Source of the DNA: Octopus sinensis | Lineage: Eukaryota | Direction: 5' to 3' | Length of the DNA stretch: 64,000 nucleotides | NCBI RefSeq assembly: GCF_006345805.1 | Contig: NC_043006.1 | Coordinates: forward strand, 45,694,001-45,758,000 | Shown here: positions 51,096-63,190 of the stretch, in pieces | Layout of the letters: every line of letters begins with the position of its first letter | How positions within the stretch are numbered: position 1 is the stretch's first letter | Notes under the pieces: model-generated | Database searches by the model: none | Seen by the model: only the letters and a program-made list of their open reading frames with translations | What the model was told of the DNA's origin: nothing | Position numbers and translations under genes: made by a program

Positions 51096-52197
51096 GAGAG
51101 AGAGAAAGAGAGATCAATATTGTTAACATTATCACACAGTGCTCTGCAGATCCAGAAATTTATACATCAAAGTAGCAATAAAAAAAAAAAAAAAAAAAGA
51201 ATTATAAAGTGTAAAATATCCGTGCGTCTGTGTGTATTAGGTACAGCGACAGTGTTTGTGAGTTTAAGGTGCTAGACTACCTCACCTTGTGTTATTAAGT
51301 TCTGATGTTTAACTTATACTAGACCCATTGTTGTTGTGCTCCTAAGCAAAGCACACTTACATAACATTTGCTTCTGTAGGCAATTTGCCTGGCTGTGACG
51401 GAAAAACAGGTTCCCATCTTCATGGTTGAATTATGCATATTTGGTATTTGAAAAAAAAAAAAAAACAAAAACAAAAAAACAAATTGTGAAAAGAAAAAAA
51501 GAACGAATAGACTTGTTCTAATTGAACCCCTTTCAAAGTAGTCTGCTCTGAAGTTGTAGTGTTGTATGATATGATATGATAATTTTTGTTTTTATGAAGT
51601 AGCGTTTGCAACACTCCTTTGTGATGTGGCTGTCTATCCTATTGTGGATATGTGTGGAATTCTTCTTACGCGATATAGTGAGGCTCCTTCTTCTTCTCCT
51701 CCTCCTCCTGTATTGAAACTCATTACAGAATGACCTCTCCTCCCCCTCTCTCTCTCTTTCTCTCTCTGTGTGCTCTGTACTTTCCCTGTTTATATTCGAT
51801 GTGTAACTCTTTCCTATTCTGACTGTTAATTATCCACATTTTTGTTCAAGTCAGATGTGTGTTTTTCATGTAGGCACAGTAATGGTTCAGAAGAAGTTCG
51901 CTTCGCAGTCACATACAAGGTCCCCGGGTTCAAGCTCACAAGGTTTCCCCTTAACCTTAAGACAGAAAAATGGGTTGACAGAAACTCTAAATAGAAGCAA
52001 GTTGGGTTGCGTGTATGTGTAATTAAAAGAAAAATACAGCTATGTCTCACAGTCATCATCATCATCATCATCATCTAATGCCCCTTTTTATGTTGCCATT
52101 AGTTGGATGGTTCCAACAAGGACTGTCAAGCCAGAGGACTGCACCAAGCTCTACTGTCTGCTTGGTTATGATTCCTATGGCCAGATGCCCTTCTTAT

Positions 52198-52450
52198 GTG
52201 GAGCCGCGTGGCTTAGTGGTTAGGGTGTTGGACTTATGATCGTAAGATTGTGGTTTTGATTCCTGGACAGGGTGACGCATTGTGTTCTTGAGCAAAACAC
52301 TTCATTTCACATTGCTCCAGTCCACTCAACTGGCAAAAAGGAATAATACTGTGTCAAACCAGTGTCCTGTCCAGGTGGGGAATATATATGCCACAAAACC
52401 AGGAAACCGGCCTTTATGAGTCAGTATGACTCGAGAAGGTAACTTTACCT
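52198..52450 (+). mobile_element. C/D-class SINE
   Basis: Homologous to 19686-19920. Confidence 0.8.
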
Positions 52451-52659
52451 AAGTTTACCTTTATGCCCTTCCTAACACCAACCACTTTACAGAATGTACT
52501 GAGTCCTTTTCAGATGGCACCAGCACCAGTGAGGTCACCTGGTAACACATGATAAGACTGCTCAACTACAGGTGTGGGAGTAGTATTGAAGGAAGTAGCT
52601 TTGTGGCAGGTGAGGAGAGATTAATCCTTTAGCATTCACATTATTCTGTCACAAGTATC

Positions 52660-53220
52660 ATCATCATCATCATCATCATTGTTTAACATCCGCTTCCCAT
52701 GCTAGCATGAGTTGGACGATTTGACTCAGGTCTGGCGAACCAGACGGCTGCACCAGACTCCAATCTGATCTGGCAGAGTTTCTACAGCTGGATGCCCTTC
52801 CTAACGCCAACCACTCCGAGAGTGTAGTGGGTGCTTTTATGTGCCACAGGCACGAGGGCCAATCAGGCGGTACTGGCAACGGCCATGCTCAAATGATGCT
52901 TTTTATGTGCTACCTGCACAGGAGCCAGTCCAGCGGCACTGGCAACGACCTTGCTCGTATCTTTTTTCATGTGCCACCAGCACAAATGCCAGTAAGGCGA
53001 CGCAGGTAACGATCACGCTCAAATGGTGTTTTTTATGTGCCCCCGGCACGGAGGCCAGCTTGTTGCTCTGGCAACGTTGATGCTCGTATGGTACTCTTAG
53101 CACTCCACTAGCATGGATGCCAGTCATCGAATTTGATTTCGATTTCAGTTGCCGCAACAGGTCTTCACAAGCAGAGTTTAGTGTCCAATGAAGGAAAGGT
53201 ACGCATAAGTGGGCTGGTAA
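52660..53220 (-). mobile_element. RTE-type retroposon 3' region with a (GAT)n tail and four ~63-bp internal tandem repeats
   Basis: Contains the ggatgcccttcctaacgccaacc motif typical of RTE 3' ends and the repeated unit tttatgtgccac...ggcaacg...gctc. Confidence 0.8.
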
Positions 53221-53294
53221 TGCTGATTTATTCACATTGTTTTAAATTAATCTTGCATTATCTTGTAGCTCTGAGATTTTGATGTGGTAACTGT

Positions 53295-53670
53295 TTTACT
53301 CCTTTACTTGTTTCAGTCATTTGACTGTGGCCATGCTGGAGCACCACCATTTAGTCCAGCAAATCAACCCCAGGACTTATTTTTTGTAAGCCTAGTACTT
53401 ATTCTATTGGTCTCTTATGCTGAACCGCTAAGTTACGGGGACTTAAACACACCAGCATCGGTTGTCAAGCGATGTTGGGGGGACAAACACAGACACACAC
53501 ACACACACACATATATATATATGACGGGCTTCTTTCAGTTTTTGTCTACCAAATCCACTTACAAGGCTTTGGTCGGTCCAAGGCTACAGTAGAAGACACT
53601 TGTCCAACATGCCATGCAGTGGGACTGAACCAGAACCATGTGGTTGATAAGCAAGCTACTTACCACACAG
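53295..53670 (-). mobile_element. SINE A
   Basis: Family A match. Confidence 0.88.
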
Positions 53671-55736
53671 CCTCTCAATTTTTTAGAATGACATTGTTGG
53701 GTAGAATTGAGAAACCAGATCTGGCCAGTTTGAACATGAAGCAGATAGAATATTTTGGCTGGATATGGCCGGTTTAAATACTATAGAGGAGGGACGGGAA
53801 CTGGTGTCTTGGTGTAGGGGAGACACATGGGTACCCCAGTTGGAAAAGAAAGTGGATGGTAAAGAAGATGTGTTGGGGCAAAGCCTCAAGAAAATTTTTG
53901 TTTGAGATTTCAGACAATTCTGAAGGATTCACATTCATCTGTTTGTTAACACTGATAATGATAGGGATAACAAATGATTAATTGTAATAATAATAATTAT
54001 CATAATGATTTCTAACTTTGGCACAAGGAGAAGGGTGATAGTGTATGTGATTGATTGAACCAATTTTTTGGTATTGAACTTGTAAATCATTTTATTGACT
54101 CTGGAAGGATGGCTAGCAGTGTTGAACTCGAAATGTTACAGGACTTATAAATACCACAAGGCATTTAGTTTGGCAATCTACCATTTCTACATCTCCACTG
54201 GCTTTTAACAACAACAACAACTAATAATAATAATAATAATAATAATGATAATTTTTGGAATTGCCAAATGAAATAATTTAGCCATTTTAATCTATATTAT
54301 TGGACATTTTATGTCAAGTTTAAAAATGTAATTATAAGCCATACATTGGGAGAGAAGGCTTCTTAAGTCTTTTTGAAGGGAAGAAAGAAAAAGAAAGAAG
54401 AATATATCTGTCTGCATATGCCTTCAACAAAACATTACTTTTGCTTCTAATTCACCAAGTTTTTACCAAAGAATTTTTTTTTGTTAATATATTTTTATGG
54501 TGTGTGTGTTTATTTTAAATCTCTAATTCTTGCCAGAAATTGCTTCCAACCAATATTATCTTTTGCCTTTGCGCAGACATATAAATACAAACCTCCATGT
54601 CCCTGTCCGTAATTCCTTAACTTTTTAAATTCAATCAATTCTACAGCATTTTCAATTCTTGGCTTGGAATTTGCACATTTCCAATTATCTGAAATATACC
54701 AATTTTTTCTTACTTCTAGCTCTCCCTTCCCCCTCTCTCTCTTTTACTTACTCTTTATTTTACTAAATACTACCAACTCCAAATACCATTAGCTACTCTT
54801 GCTTAAATGGTTACAAGAGATGATCATATAAATTTTCAAATTTATATCCTTCTGCTTGCTAGTCTCTTTAAATGCTTATACTCTTTCTTTCGCCATCCTC
54901 TCTCTCTCTAACTATTTCTTTCTGTCTTCCTATCTGTTTTCTGTTACTCACCTTCTTTGTTATGTACTCTTTGCTCTTCTTCCTATAAATAAAGAACAAC
55001 AACAAGAAGAAAAAAATAAAACAAAACAAGTGTAAAGGAAATCAAATGGAAATGAAGAAAAATTCTGACAGATATTGCATCGAAAAAATATATATTTCTT
55101 TTGTCTTTCTGGAATTTTGGGGGAGGAAGAAGAAGAAGAATAAGAAGAAGGAGAAGGAGAAGAAGAACAACTTCTTGTAGCTGATCACCGGAAATGAAAG
55201 CCTTTTATTAGCACATGAATGACTTGTGTTTTGTTGACTGGAGAAAGAATGCCTGAATTGTTAAAAAAAAAAAAAAGAAAAAGAAAAAAATGATTTGGTC
55301 TTACTTTATTTTGATTTGATTGAATAGTTTAATTTTTTCTTTCTCCATCATCATCAACATCACCACCATCATCATCATTGTCATCATCCATCATACCACA
55401 ACACACATACATACATGAATAAAACACATAGAGATCTTCCACATAAATACATACACATATGAAAAACAGAGAGTAGGTATGTATTTTTCAAGGAATTCTA
55501 TTTATTCTATTGTCTTTTATTATATTCTTATTTATTTTTATTTTTCATCAGTACTGCAAAGTTGAGAGTCAATGGTCAACATTATTGATATTCTTTTGCT
55601 TACATTTCTTTATGTCTACAACAGAAAATGGTGCTTTCTGGTAAGGAATTCCAAACTTTTGCAGGGTCACTAAGAAAGTTTGACATTTGAGATAACTTCT
55701 AAAAACTTGGCATGGTTAGAATGAGACATATATATA

Positions 55737-55771
<35 letters not shown>

Positions 55772-55999
55772 CTACAGTCTTCATGTTCATCACATGGCCT
55801 CCTATTCAGTCCTTCTGCATGGCATCTTGATCAAGTGTCTTCTACTATAGACCCAGGCTTACCAGAGCCTTGTGAGTGTATGTGGAAGATGGAATCTCAA
55901 AGAACTCCTTTATGTGTGTTGTAGTCCGTAGTTTCAGAAAATGTAAATTTGAATGTTTTTGTGTTATTTTAATTTTAATATAGGGGCAGGCATATACTC

Positions 56000-56190
56000 T
56001 TTAACTTGTTTCAGTCATTTGACTATGGCCATGCTGGAGCACCGCCTTTAGTCAAGCAAATCGACCCCTGGACTTATTCTTTGTAAGCCTAGTACTTATT
56101 CTATCGGTCTCTTTTGCTGAACCGCTATGTTATGGGGACGTAAACACACCAACATCGGTTGTCAAGCAATGCTGGGGGGGACAAACACAG

Positions 56191-56235
<45 letters not shown>

Positions 56236-56470
56236 TTATTTTACTAAATACTACCAACTCAGACACACAAACATACACACACACACACACACATACACAT
56301 ATATACATATATACGACGGGCTTTTTCCAGTTTCCATCTACCAAATCCACTCACAAGGCCCGAGGCTATAGTAGAAGACACTTACCCAAGGTGCCACGCA
56401 GTGGGACCGAACCCAGAACCCTGTGGTTCGTTAGCAAGCTACTTATCACACACACAGCCACTCCTACGCC
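56000..56470 (-). mobile_element. SINE A carrying a 27-bp insert copied from 54753-54779
   Basis: Family A match; the insert is at 56234-56260. Confidence 0.88.
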
Positions 56471-57379
56471 TATATAGGATTTTAATTTTAATGTAAGGAC
56501 AGGCATATAGGTGGCAAGCCAGTAGAATCATTAGCATGCAGGTAAAATGCTTCATGACATTTCATCATTCTGAGTTCAAATTCCATTGAAGTTGACTTTG
56601 CTTTTTATCCTTTTGGGGTTGATAAAATAAGTACCAATTGAGCACTGGGATCAGTGCAATTGGCTATCCCTCTCCTTAAAACTGCTGGTCTTGTATCCTA
56701 AATTTGAAATCAATATTGGGACGGGTATGAGCATGTGGTTGAGAAGTTTGCTTCATAACTAGCTCGCTTCAGTTGGATCCCACTACATGGCTCCTTAGGT
56801 GGGCAAATATCTTCGACTATAGACTTGAGTTGATCAACGGCTTGTTTGAGAATTCTGGAAGCAGAAACCCATAATATTAAGGTGTCGAGCTGGCAGAAAT
56901 GTTAGCAGACCAGGCGAAATGCTTAGCGGTATTTCTTCTGCTGTTATGTTCTGAGTTCAAATTCCACCGAGATCGGCTTTGCTTTTCATCCTCTTGGGGT
57001 TGATTAAATAAGTACTAGTTACGCACTGGGGGCAATATAATTGACTTAATCCATTCGTCTGTCCTTGTTTGTACCCTCTGCGTGTAGCCCCTTGTAGGCA
57101 GTAACAAGTAAAAACAAGAAACAAGTAAAAGAGTATATATATTTATATATATGTATGTGTTTGTGTGTATGTATGAATTCCTTGGCATGACAAGTTCAAA
57201 AAAGCTATGCCCAGTCACTTAGAATAAAGAACTCCAAAATATCAAAATATGTTTGAGAATGAATAAACATTTAATTGGTAATTGTTAGTCCTCTGTGGGT
57301 TCAAGGATTGGCGGTGATGATGGTTTTTCCTTTTTGACTCATGTTATGGAATATGTTCCAGTCTGTGGGCTTTTTTTTG

Positions 57380-57900
57380 TTTTGTTTTTGTACTTACTCA
57401 TAATTGTTTTACAGATTATCTTGTGATAAGTTGCTTCTTCCATTTCATATAAGTTCTTAGTTTTGTCTGAACTGACAAGGATGTTATTTGATAATGTTCA
57501 TGCCTTAATTTCACTAAAAACTAAGGTGGCAAGCTAGCAGAAATGTTGGCACACCAGGCGAAATGCTTAGCAGTATCTCGTATGTCTTTACGTTCTGAGT
57601 TCAAATTCCGCTAAGGTTGAATTTGCTTTTCATCTTTTTGAGGTCAATAAATTAAGTACCAGTTGCGTACTGGGGTCGATCTAATTGACTGGCCTCCTCC
57701 ACCCCAAAAATTTGGTCTTTGTGCCTAGAGTAGAAAAGAATTTTACTAAAAACTTCTGGAACAGAATGGTCAATCTTCCTTAATTTGATATTTTTGATAG
57801 TCCTGTAGTGTTTCTCTTCAAAAGGCACTGGCAATCCATTTATGGGGTAGGGTTCTTGTATGATTTAAATCCTAAGTTCTTGCTTCGGCTGTGTTCTTCA
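57380..57900 (-). pseudogene. Decayed Penelope-like element (Neptune-type) ORF fragment, split by a SINE B (57523-57739; TSD att(t/c)actaaaaact)
   Basis: Minus-strand pieces read GFKSYKNPTP, FEEKHYRTIKNIKLRK and ILVSSDKTKNLYEMEEATYHKII...SKYK. These resemble the pre-RT region (DKT-N-Y motif) of PLEs; stops and frameshifts are present. Confidence 0.6.
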
Positions 57901-58530
57901 GATGGTTTGTTGAAAAAAAGAGCCTAAGTTTTTTGCATTAAGCACTTGATGTGAATTTCCCCAAAAAGGTTTACATCAAGTGCCCCACACAAAAGGATCT
58001 TGATTTTGTTCATTTCTTGTCTTCCATGAGAAAATGTCTGACAACAGGGACATATTACCTTGCTTGGAAACAGGTGAGGGTTGGTGACAGTAAGGGCACC
58101 CAACCATAGGATATCTACCTCATAAGTTCCATCCAACCCATGCGAGCCATGGAAAAGTGGATGTTATGATGACGGACGACGATGTCGATGATGACACCGC
58201 TGATGACATGAATGTAATAAAAAAAAGAAAAAGAAGAAAAATTAATAATCTTTCAAAAATAGAGAGATCTTCAACCCAGAATATCTTATTTTTTTGTTTT
58301 CCATTTTTTTGTTTTTGTTTTTGATAAAGCCTTTTGTTTCAGTGGTTTTTTTTTTTTTTTGTTTGTTGGTTTGGTTTTCTTTTTTTTTTCTCTCACCATA
58401 GTTAAATGGGTAGATTGTTAGGTCTCCTTCACTGGAACCTAAGAGGAAATTGTCCTTTGTCTTCTGCTTCTATCTTAAACTGAAGCAAATTGTAAAAGCT
58501 GACGCCAGATGGACTACATATTTTCCATGT

Positions 58531-58594
<64 letters not shown>

Positions 58595-59119
58595 AAAGCA
58601 GTTTCAGTTGCATGCTACATAGTTGACAGTTTTAAATATAGACTTGTGTAAGATTTGTTTTAGGTTGACTCACTTCTCTCTCTCTCTCTTTCTCTCTATA
58701 TTAACATGCCTTTGATAATTGTTATTATTCTATTTTTTTCTGTGTTTCTTTTTTTTTTCTAATTGTTGCTATTTGTGAATGTACATGTTTTTAGACCTTC
58801 ATTCTCATAGGAAATTGTATGAATACCATATCAAAATTTAACTTTTTTTTTTTTTTTTTCTACTTATAAGATTTGGAAAGAGGTAAAGAGACATCATTTT
58901 TTATTTCTTGGAATTTTAAAACAAATTAAAGAATCCCCTTATTCCTTTGACTTTTATGAAAGGCAAATTAGCGTGGCGAAATTAATATTACTTGGTGGGC
59001 CTACTTTACCTATGTGGTTGTATGCTGGTTGCAAGAACTGGGTACTTATAACGTATTTAGTTCTGTCCCTTCACATTAATCATATGCCTTTGGTGTCATT
59101 TTTCTTTCTTTAAGCCTTT

Positions 59120-59375
59120 CAAACTCCTGTCATGCATAAGTCTTTGAAGACTTTTTTCTTACTGTTCTTGACACTGGGTTGTCTCTTCCGCTTCTTTCCA
59201 ATTAGATTCCTGCTTTTTCACTTCTGCTTCCATATCTTGCCTCCATTTACTTTTACGGCATCCCCTCATCTGTCTTCGTCGTGGCTTCTAGGGTTCAAGA
59301 TTAGGGCCTGATGTGTGCTGTTTCCCTGATGGAAGGCCTTCCTCCCTCCTGGTCTTGTTGGTTTTGAATTACTAC
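59120..59375 (-). mobile_element. RTE LINE ORF C-terminal fragment with an (AAAG)-like tail
   Basis: Minus-strand translation QALILNP...KWRQDMEAEVKK...WKEAEETTQ resembles the RTE C-terminus QALxWNPxGxRxRGRPxxTWRR. Confidence 0.6.
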
Positions 59376-59390
59376 CAATAAGGCATTGCT

Positions 59391-59523
59391 GTGTGGGTGG
59401 GTGCAGGCATGGCTGCATGGGTAGGCATGGGCATGGCTGTGTGGGTAGACACAGGCATGGCTGCATGGGTGGGTGCAGGCATGGGTAGACACAGGCATGG
59501 CTGCATGGGTAGGTGCAGGCATG
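59391..59523. repeat. GC-rich minisatellite with ten GCATG motifs
   Basis: Units such as caggcatggctgcatgggt(a/g)gg, counted directly. Confidence 0.85.
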
Positions 59524-59999
59524 TACATAAGTGCTTGTGCCTCCTAACTTCTGTAACTTCACTTTATTCTATGTAGGAGTGTTGGCCCTACATAAACTCA
59601 TTCTTACCTCAGCAAAGAGGTGTTCCATATTATTCTGGGTTCTCTCCTTTGACTTGTTCAGTATGGGAAGCCCTACAAAGAGCTTGTGTTCTGTTGGTAT
59701 AGCTCTCAGGGTCTTAGAGCCACACAGGCTACCACTCAACACCAGGAACTGGACCTTGTGGTTGGGACCTCTGGTGTACTGCAGGGAAAAGGTGAATTGG
59801 GTGTGCCATTAGAGCATTGGATGGAAAATTTGTTCTGACTCTCTGCACACTGATTTCAAATCCTGTCGAGGTCAACTTTACATTTCATTGTTTTTGGGAA
59901 TGATAACAAAGTACTAATCCCAGATAATGGATTGGCAGAAATGTTAAAGAATTTGGCAAGGTGCCTTGTAATATCTGTTCCAGCACTTTGTGTTCTGAT

Positions 60000-60365
60000 G
60001 ACAATGGTTGGGATTATGTATACTATTTATATTATAGTGGTTGTCCTCAACTTGATTGCTGCTTTCATTATGTTACAGGTGTTGTATGCTCCAGACCTCT
60101 TCAGGTGTCTTGTGTTGAACTCGGTTGTTTTATCAGAATTTGAAACCTAACCCTTTTCCTGTTCTCTGTGTTTTGTGACATTTTTTGCTTCAGTTGATTT
60201 TCTTTGTGACTTACCTTAGTGCTTTATATACTTTATATACTGTATATATTAGTTGGGCTGGTGTCCTTATCGTCATGGTTGATTTCATTGAGTTTTGGCT
60301 GTTGTATGCGCCAATCTTCTTCAGGTGTCTTGTGTTGAACTTGGTTGTTGCATTGGAATTTTTAA
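60000..60365 (-). mobile_element. Two tandem Penelope-like pLTR relics
   Basis: The block gttgtatgc...cttcaggtgtcttgtgttgaac..ggttgtt occurs twice, at ~60080-60130 and ~60300-60350. The minus strand has CTGAAGA plus a stem. Confidence 0.55.
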
Positions 60366-60378
60366 TCTAATCTTTTAT

Positions 60379-60450
60379 GCTACCAATGTTTACTGAATGG
60401 AAAGACCAATGCCTAGTCATTGGTCTTTCCATTCAGTAAACATTGGTAGC
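60379..60450. repeat. Perfect 33-bp inverted repeat with a 6-nt loop
   Basis: gctaccaatgtttactgaatggaaagaccaatg-cctagt-cattggtctttccattcagtaaacattggtagc. Confidence 0.97.
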
Positions 60451-60659
60451 TCAGAGAGGAGAGACTTGCATGTATGGACCAATGTCGGTCTGTCTAATAG
60501 GAAAGAGAAACTTGCTCAAGTCTGCGTATACATGGGCAGATTAATGGTCAGTATTGACTGACAGAAGCCTAACATCAGGTAATCTGGAGGTGAGTAGTGC
60601 ATGTATATGGTTGCTTCTCTATCTCTGTCTCACACACTCTCTCTCTCTCTCACTCTCTC

Positions 60660-60719
60660 TCTCTGTATACATACATACATACATACATATGTATATATAT
60701 ATGTATGTGTATATATATA

Positions 60720-60789
<70 letters not shown>

Positions 60790-60805
60790 TATAATATATA
60801 TATAT

Positions 60806-60874
<69 letters not shown>

Positions 60875-60886
60875 TATATTATTATA

Positions 60887-60941
<55 letters not shown>

Positions 60942-60942
60942 C
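60660..60942. repeat. (TA)n-rich microsatellite
   Basis: Seen directly. Confidence 0.95.
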
Positions 60943-61191
60943 GCGGTGCACCCACCCTGCCCACCCCCACCATCAATACCGGATATCTCTATATTTTGCT
61001 CCATCTATACCGGATGTCGCTTCTCCCACCACCATTATAGGTGTCTACTCTTCGAACCCCCCTCTTCAATACGCTATTTCACCATGCATTACCCCTCTCT
61101 CGATATCCTACGTTCTACTTGCCTAGAACCTGTCATCATTTCTCTGAACCACCCCTCCCCACTGGTGCTCCCCTATATTTCTGCACCCCCC

Positions 61192-61445
61192 CCATAAAAA
61201 AGCACCATCCGAACGTGGCCGATGCCAGACCCCTCTGGCACCTGTGCAGGTGGCACGTAAAAAACACCCACTACACTCGCGGAGTGGTTGGCGTTAGGAA
61301 GGGCATCCAGCTGTAGAAACACTGCCAGACTAGACTGGAGCCTGGGGCAGTCCCGAGCTCCCCAGACCCCGGTCGAAACCGTCCAACCCGTGCTAGCGCG
61401 GAAAACGGACGTTAAACGATGATGATGATGATGATGATGATGATG

Positions 61446-61446
<1 letters not shown>
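61192..61446 (+). mobile_element. Very young RTE-type retroposon 3' end with a (GAT)n tail
   Basis: gttggcgttaggaagggcatccagctgtagaaac...gcgcggaaaacggacgttaaacgatgatgat; CpGs intact. Confidence 0.88.
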
Positions 61447-61476
<30 letters not shown>

Positions 61477-62774
61477 TATGCATATATATATATATGCATA
61501 TACATTATATTTATATATATATGCACATATATATAATAATAATAACAAATAACAACAAAACAATGAGACCTCAATATTAGATAGATAAATGTAGATGTGA
61601 ATGCAGGAGGTTTATGTTTATGTATTGTGAGAATATGGTTGCATGTATTTTTTATCGTTTTTTTTTTTTCACCTATTAGAGTAACTTTTCTTTTAGTCAA
61701 CAGTTTTTCATAGCGTCTGTTGCCATTAATAGCTGATGAGAATGTATCATATCTCATCGCTCCAACATTCAAAAGTCTGAGTACTATAACAACAACCTTT
61801 CACAGTTTGTTATATATATATATATACACATATATATAATGACATTTATGAATCTTTATGTTCTGAGTTCAAATCCTGCCACAATCAACTTCACCTTTGA
61901 TGGTTCTTGAGTTGAGATTTTATTTTAGCATTCTATATCTTTTATCTTTTACTTGTTTTAGTCATTAGACTGTGGCCATGCTGGGACACTTCTGTGAAAA
62001 ATTTTTAGTCAAATTAATCAACCCCAATACTTATTTTTTTTTAAAGCCATGTTGTTGTTCTGTTGGTCTTTCTAACATCTTGTTTGATAAGATATAAAAT
62101 GTTCAAAAATATATCATTTAATAAGCCACAGGTAGGTATAAAGGCCACAACATAACATTTACTGCAAAAAAAATAAATAAATATAAAAAACAGCAACAAG
62201 AAAATTATCAAATACTAATTTTATTATACTTCTAGAAAAAAAAAGACCCAAAAACAAAAAGGCCATGGCAGATTATTGATTTTGTCAAAAGGGGTCATGA
62301 TTATAAAGGCCCTTTTGTCAGCCTGGAGAGATATATTGGAATTAGAAAAAGTGTGGGTGTAATTTAACTATTGGCTCTCAAAGTTTACTTTCTTAAACAA
62401 ACTGAATCTAATAATGATACTTCTAAATGTAAAGTACCACAGAACTAAGAGGTATGCTTCTGGCTAATAAAATCTATGATTCATGTGAATAACTTAGCTG
62501 AGTAGTCATTGATTTTGTATGAGTAAGCACAGTTTTTTGTTGGGAAGGAAGGAGAGAGGAGAGAGAGAGAGGGCACATCAATTTATACAGTATATTGTTG
62601 ATGGTAACTGACTTTATTGAGTACCACAGTGTTTGCAGTTCTAAGTACAAGTTCTAAGTACAGTTCTAGGTCCAAGTCACTTTCACATGGAGAAAGGTGA
62701 TTTCAAATTGAGTTTGTTATATCTTAATGAAATGTAAACTTAAATATGATTTAATTGTCCAAGGATAATGTATC

Positions 62775-63190
62775 TTTGTATCTGTTCTCTTTTATCTTTG
62801 TTGCAATCATTAACTGCGGCCATGCTGGGGCACTACCTTGAAGGGTTTTTAGTCGAAGGAGTTGACCTCAGTACTTATATCTTTTTTTTCCTTTTCATGT
62901 AAACCTGGTACTTATTCTATCAATGTCTTTTGCTGAACTGCTAAATTATGGGGATGTAAACACACCAACACCAGTTGTCGAGTAGTGGCAGGGGTACAAA
63001 CAAACATACACACACACATATACATGATGGGCTTCTTTCAGTTTCTGTCTGCCAAATCCATTCAGAACGCTTTGGTCGACCTGAGGCTATAGTAGAAGAA
63101 AGACACTTGCCCAAGGTGCTACACATTTGGACTGAACTTGGAACCATGTGGTTGGGAAGCAAGCTTTTTCCAACACAGCCACGCCTGCAC
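62775..63190 (-). mobile_element. SINE A
   Basis: Family A match. Confidence 0.85.

Noticed and set aside
53780-53900. Purine-rich segment possibly from an RTE ORF end
   Set aside because: No convincing conserved motif after translation.
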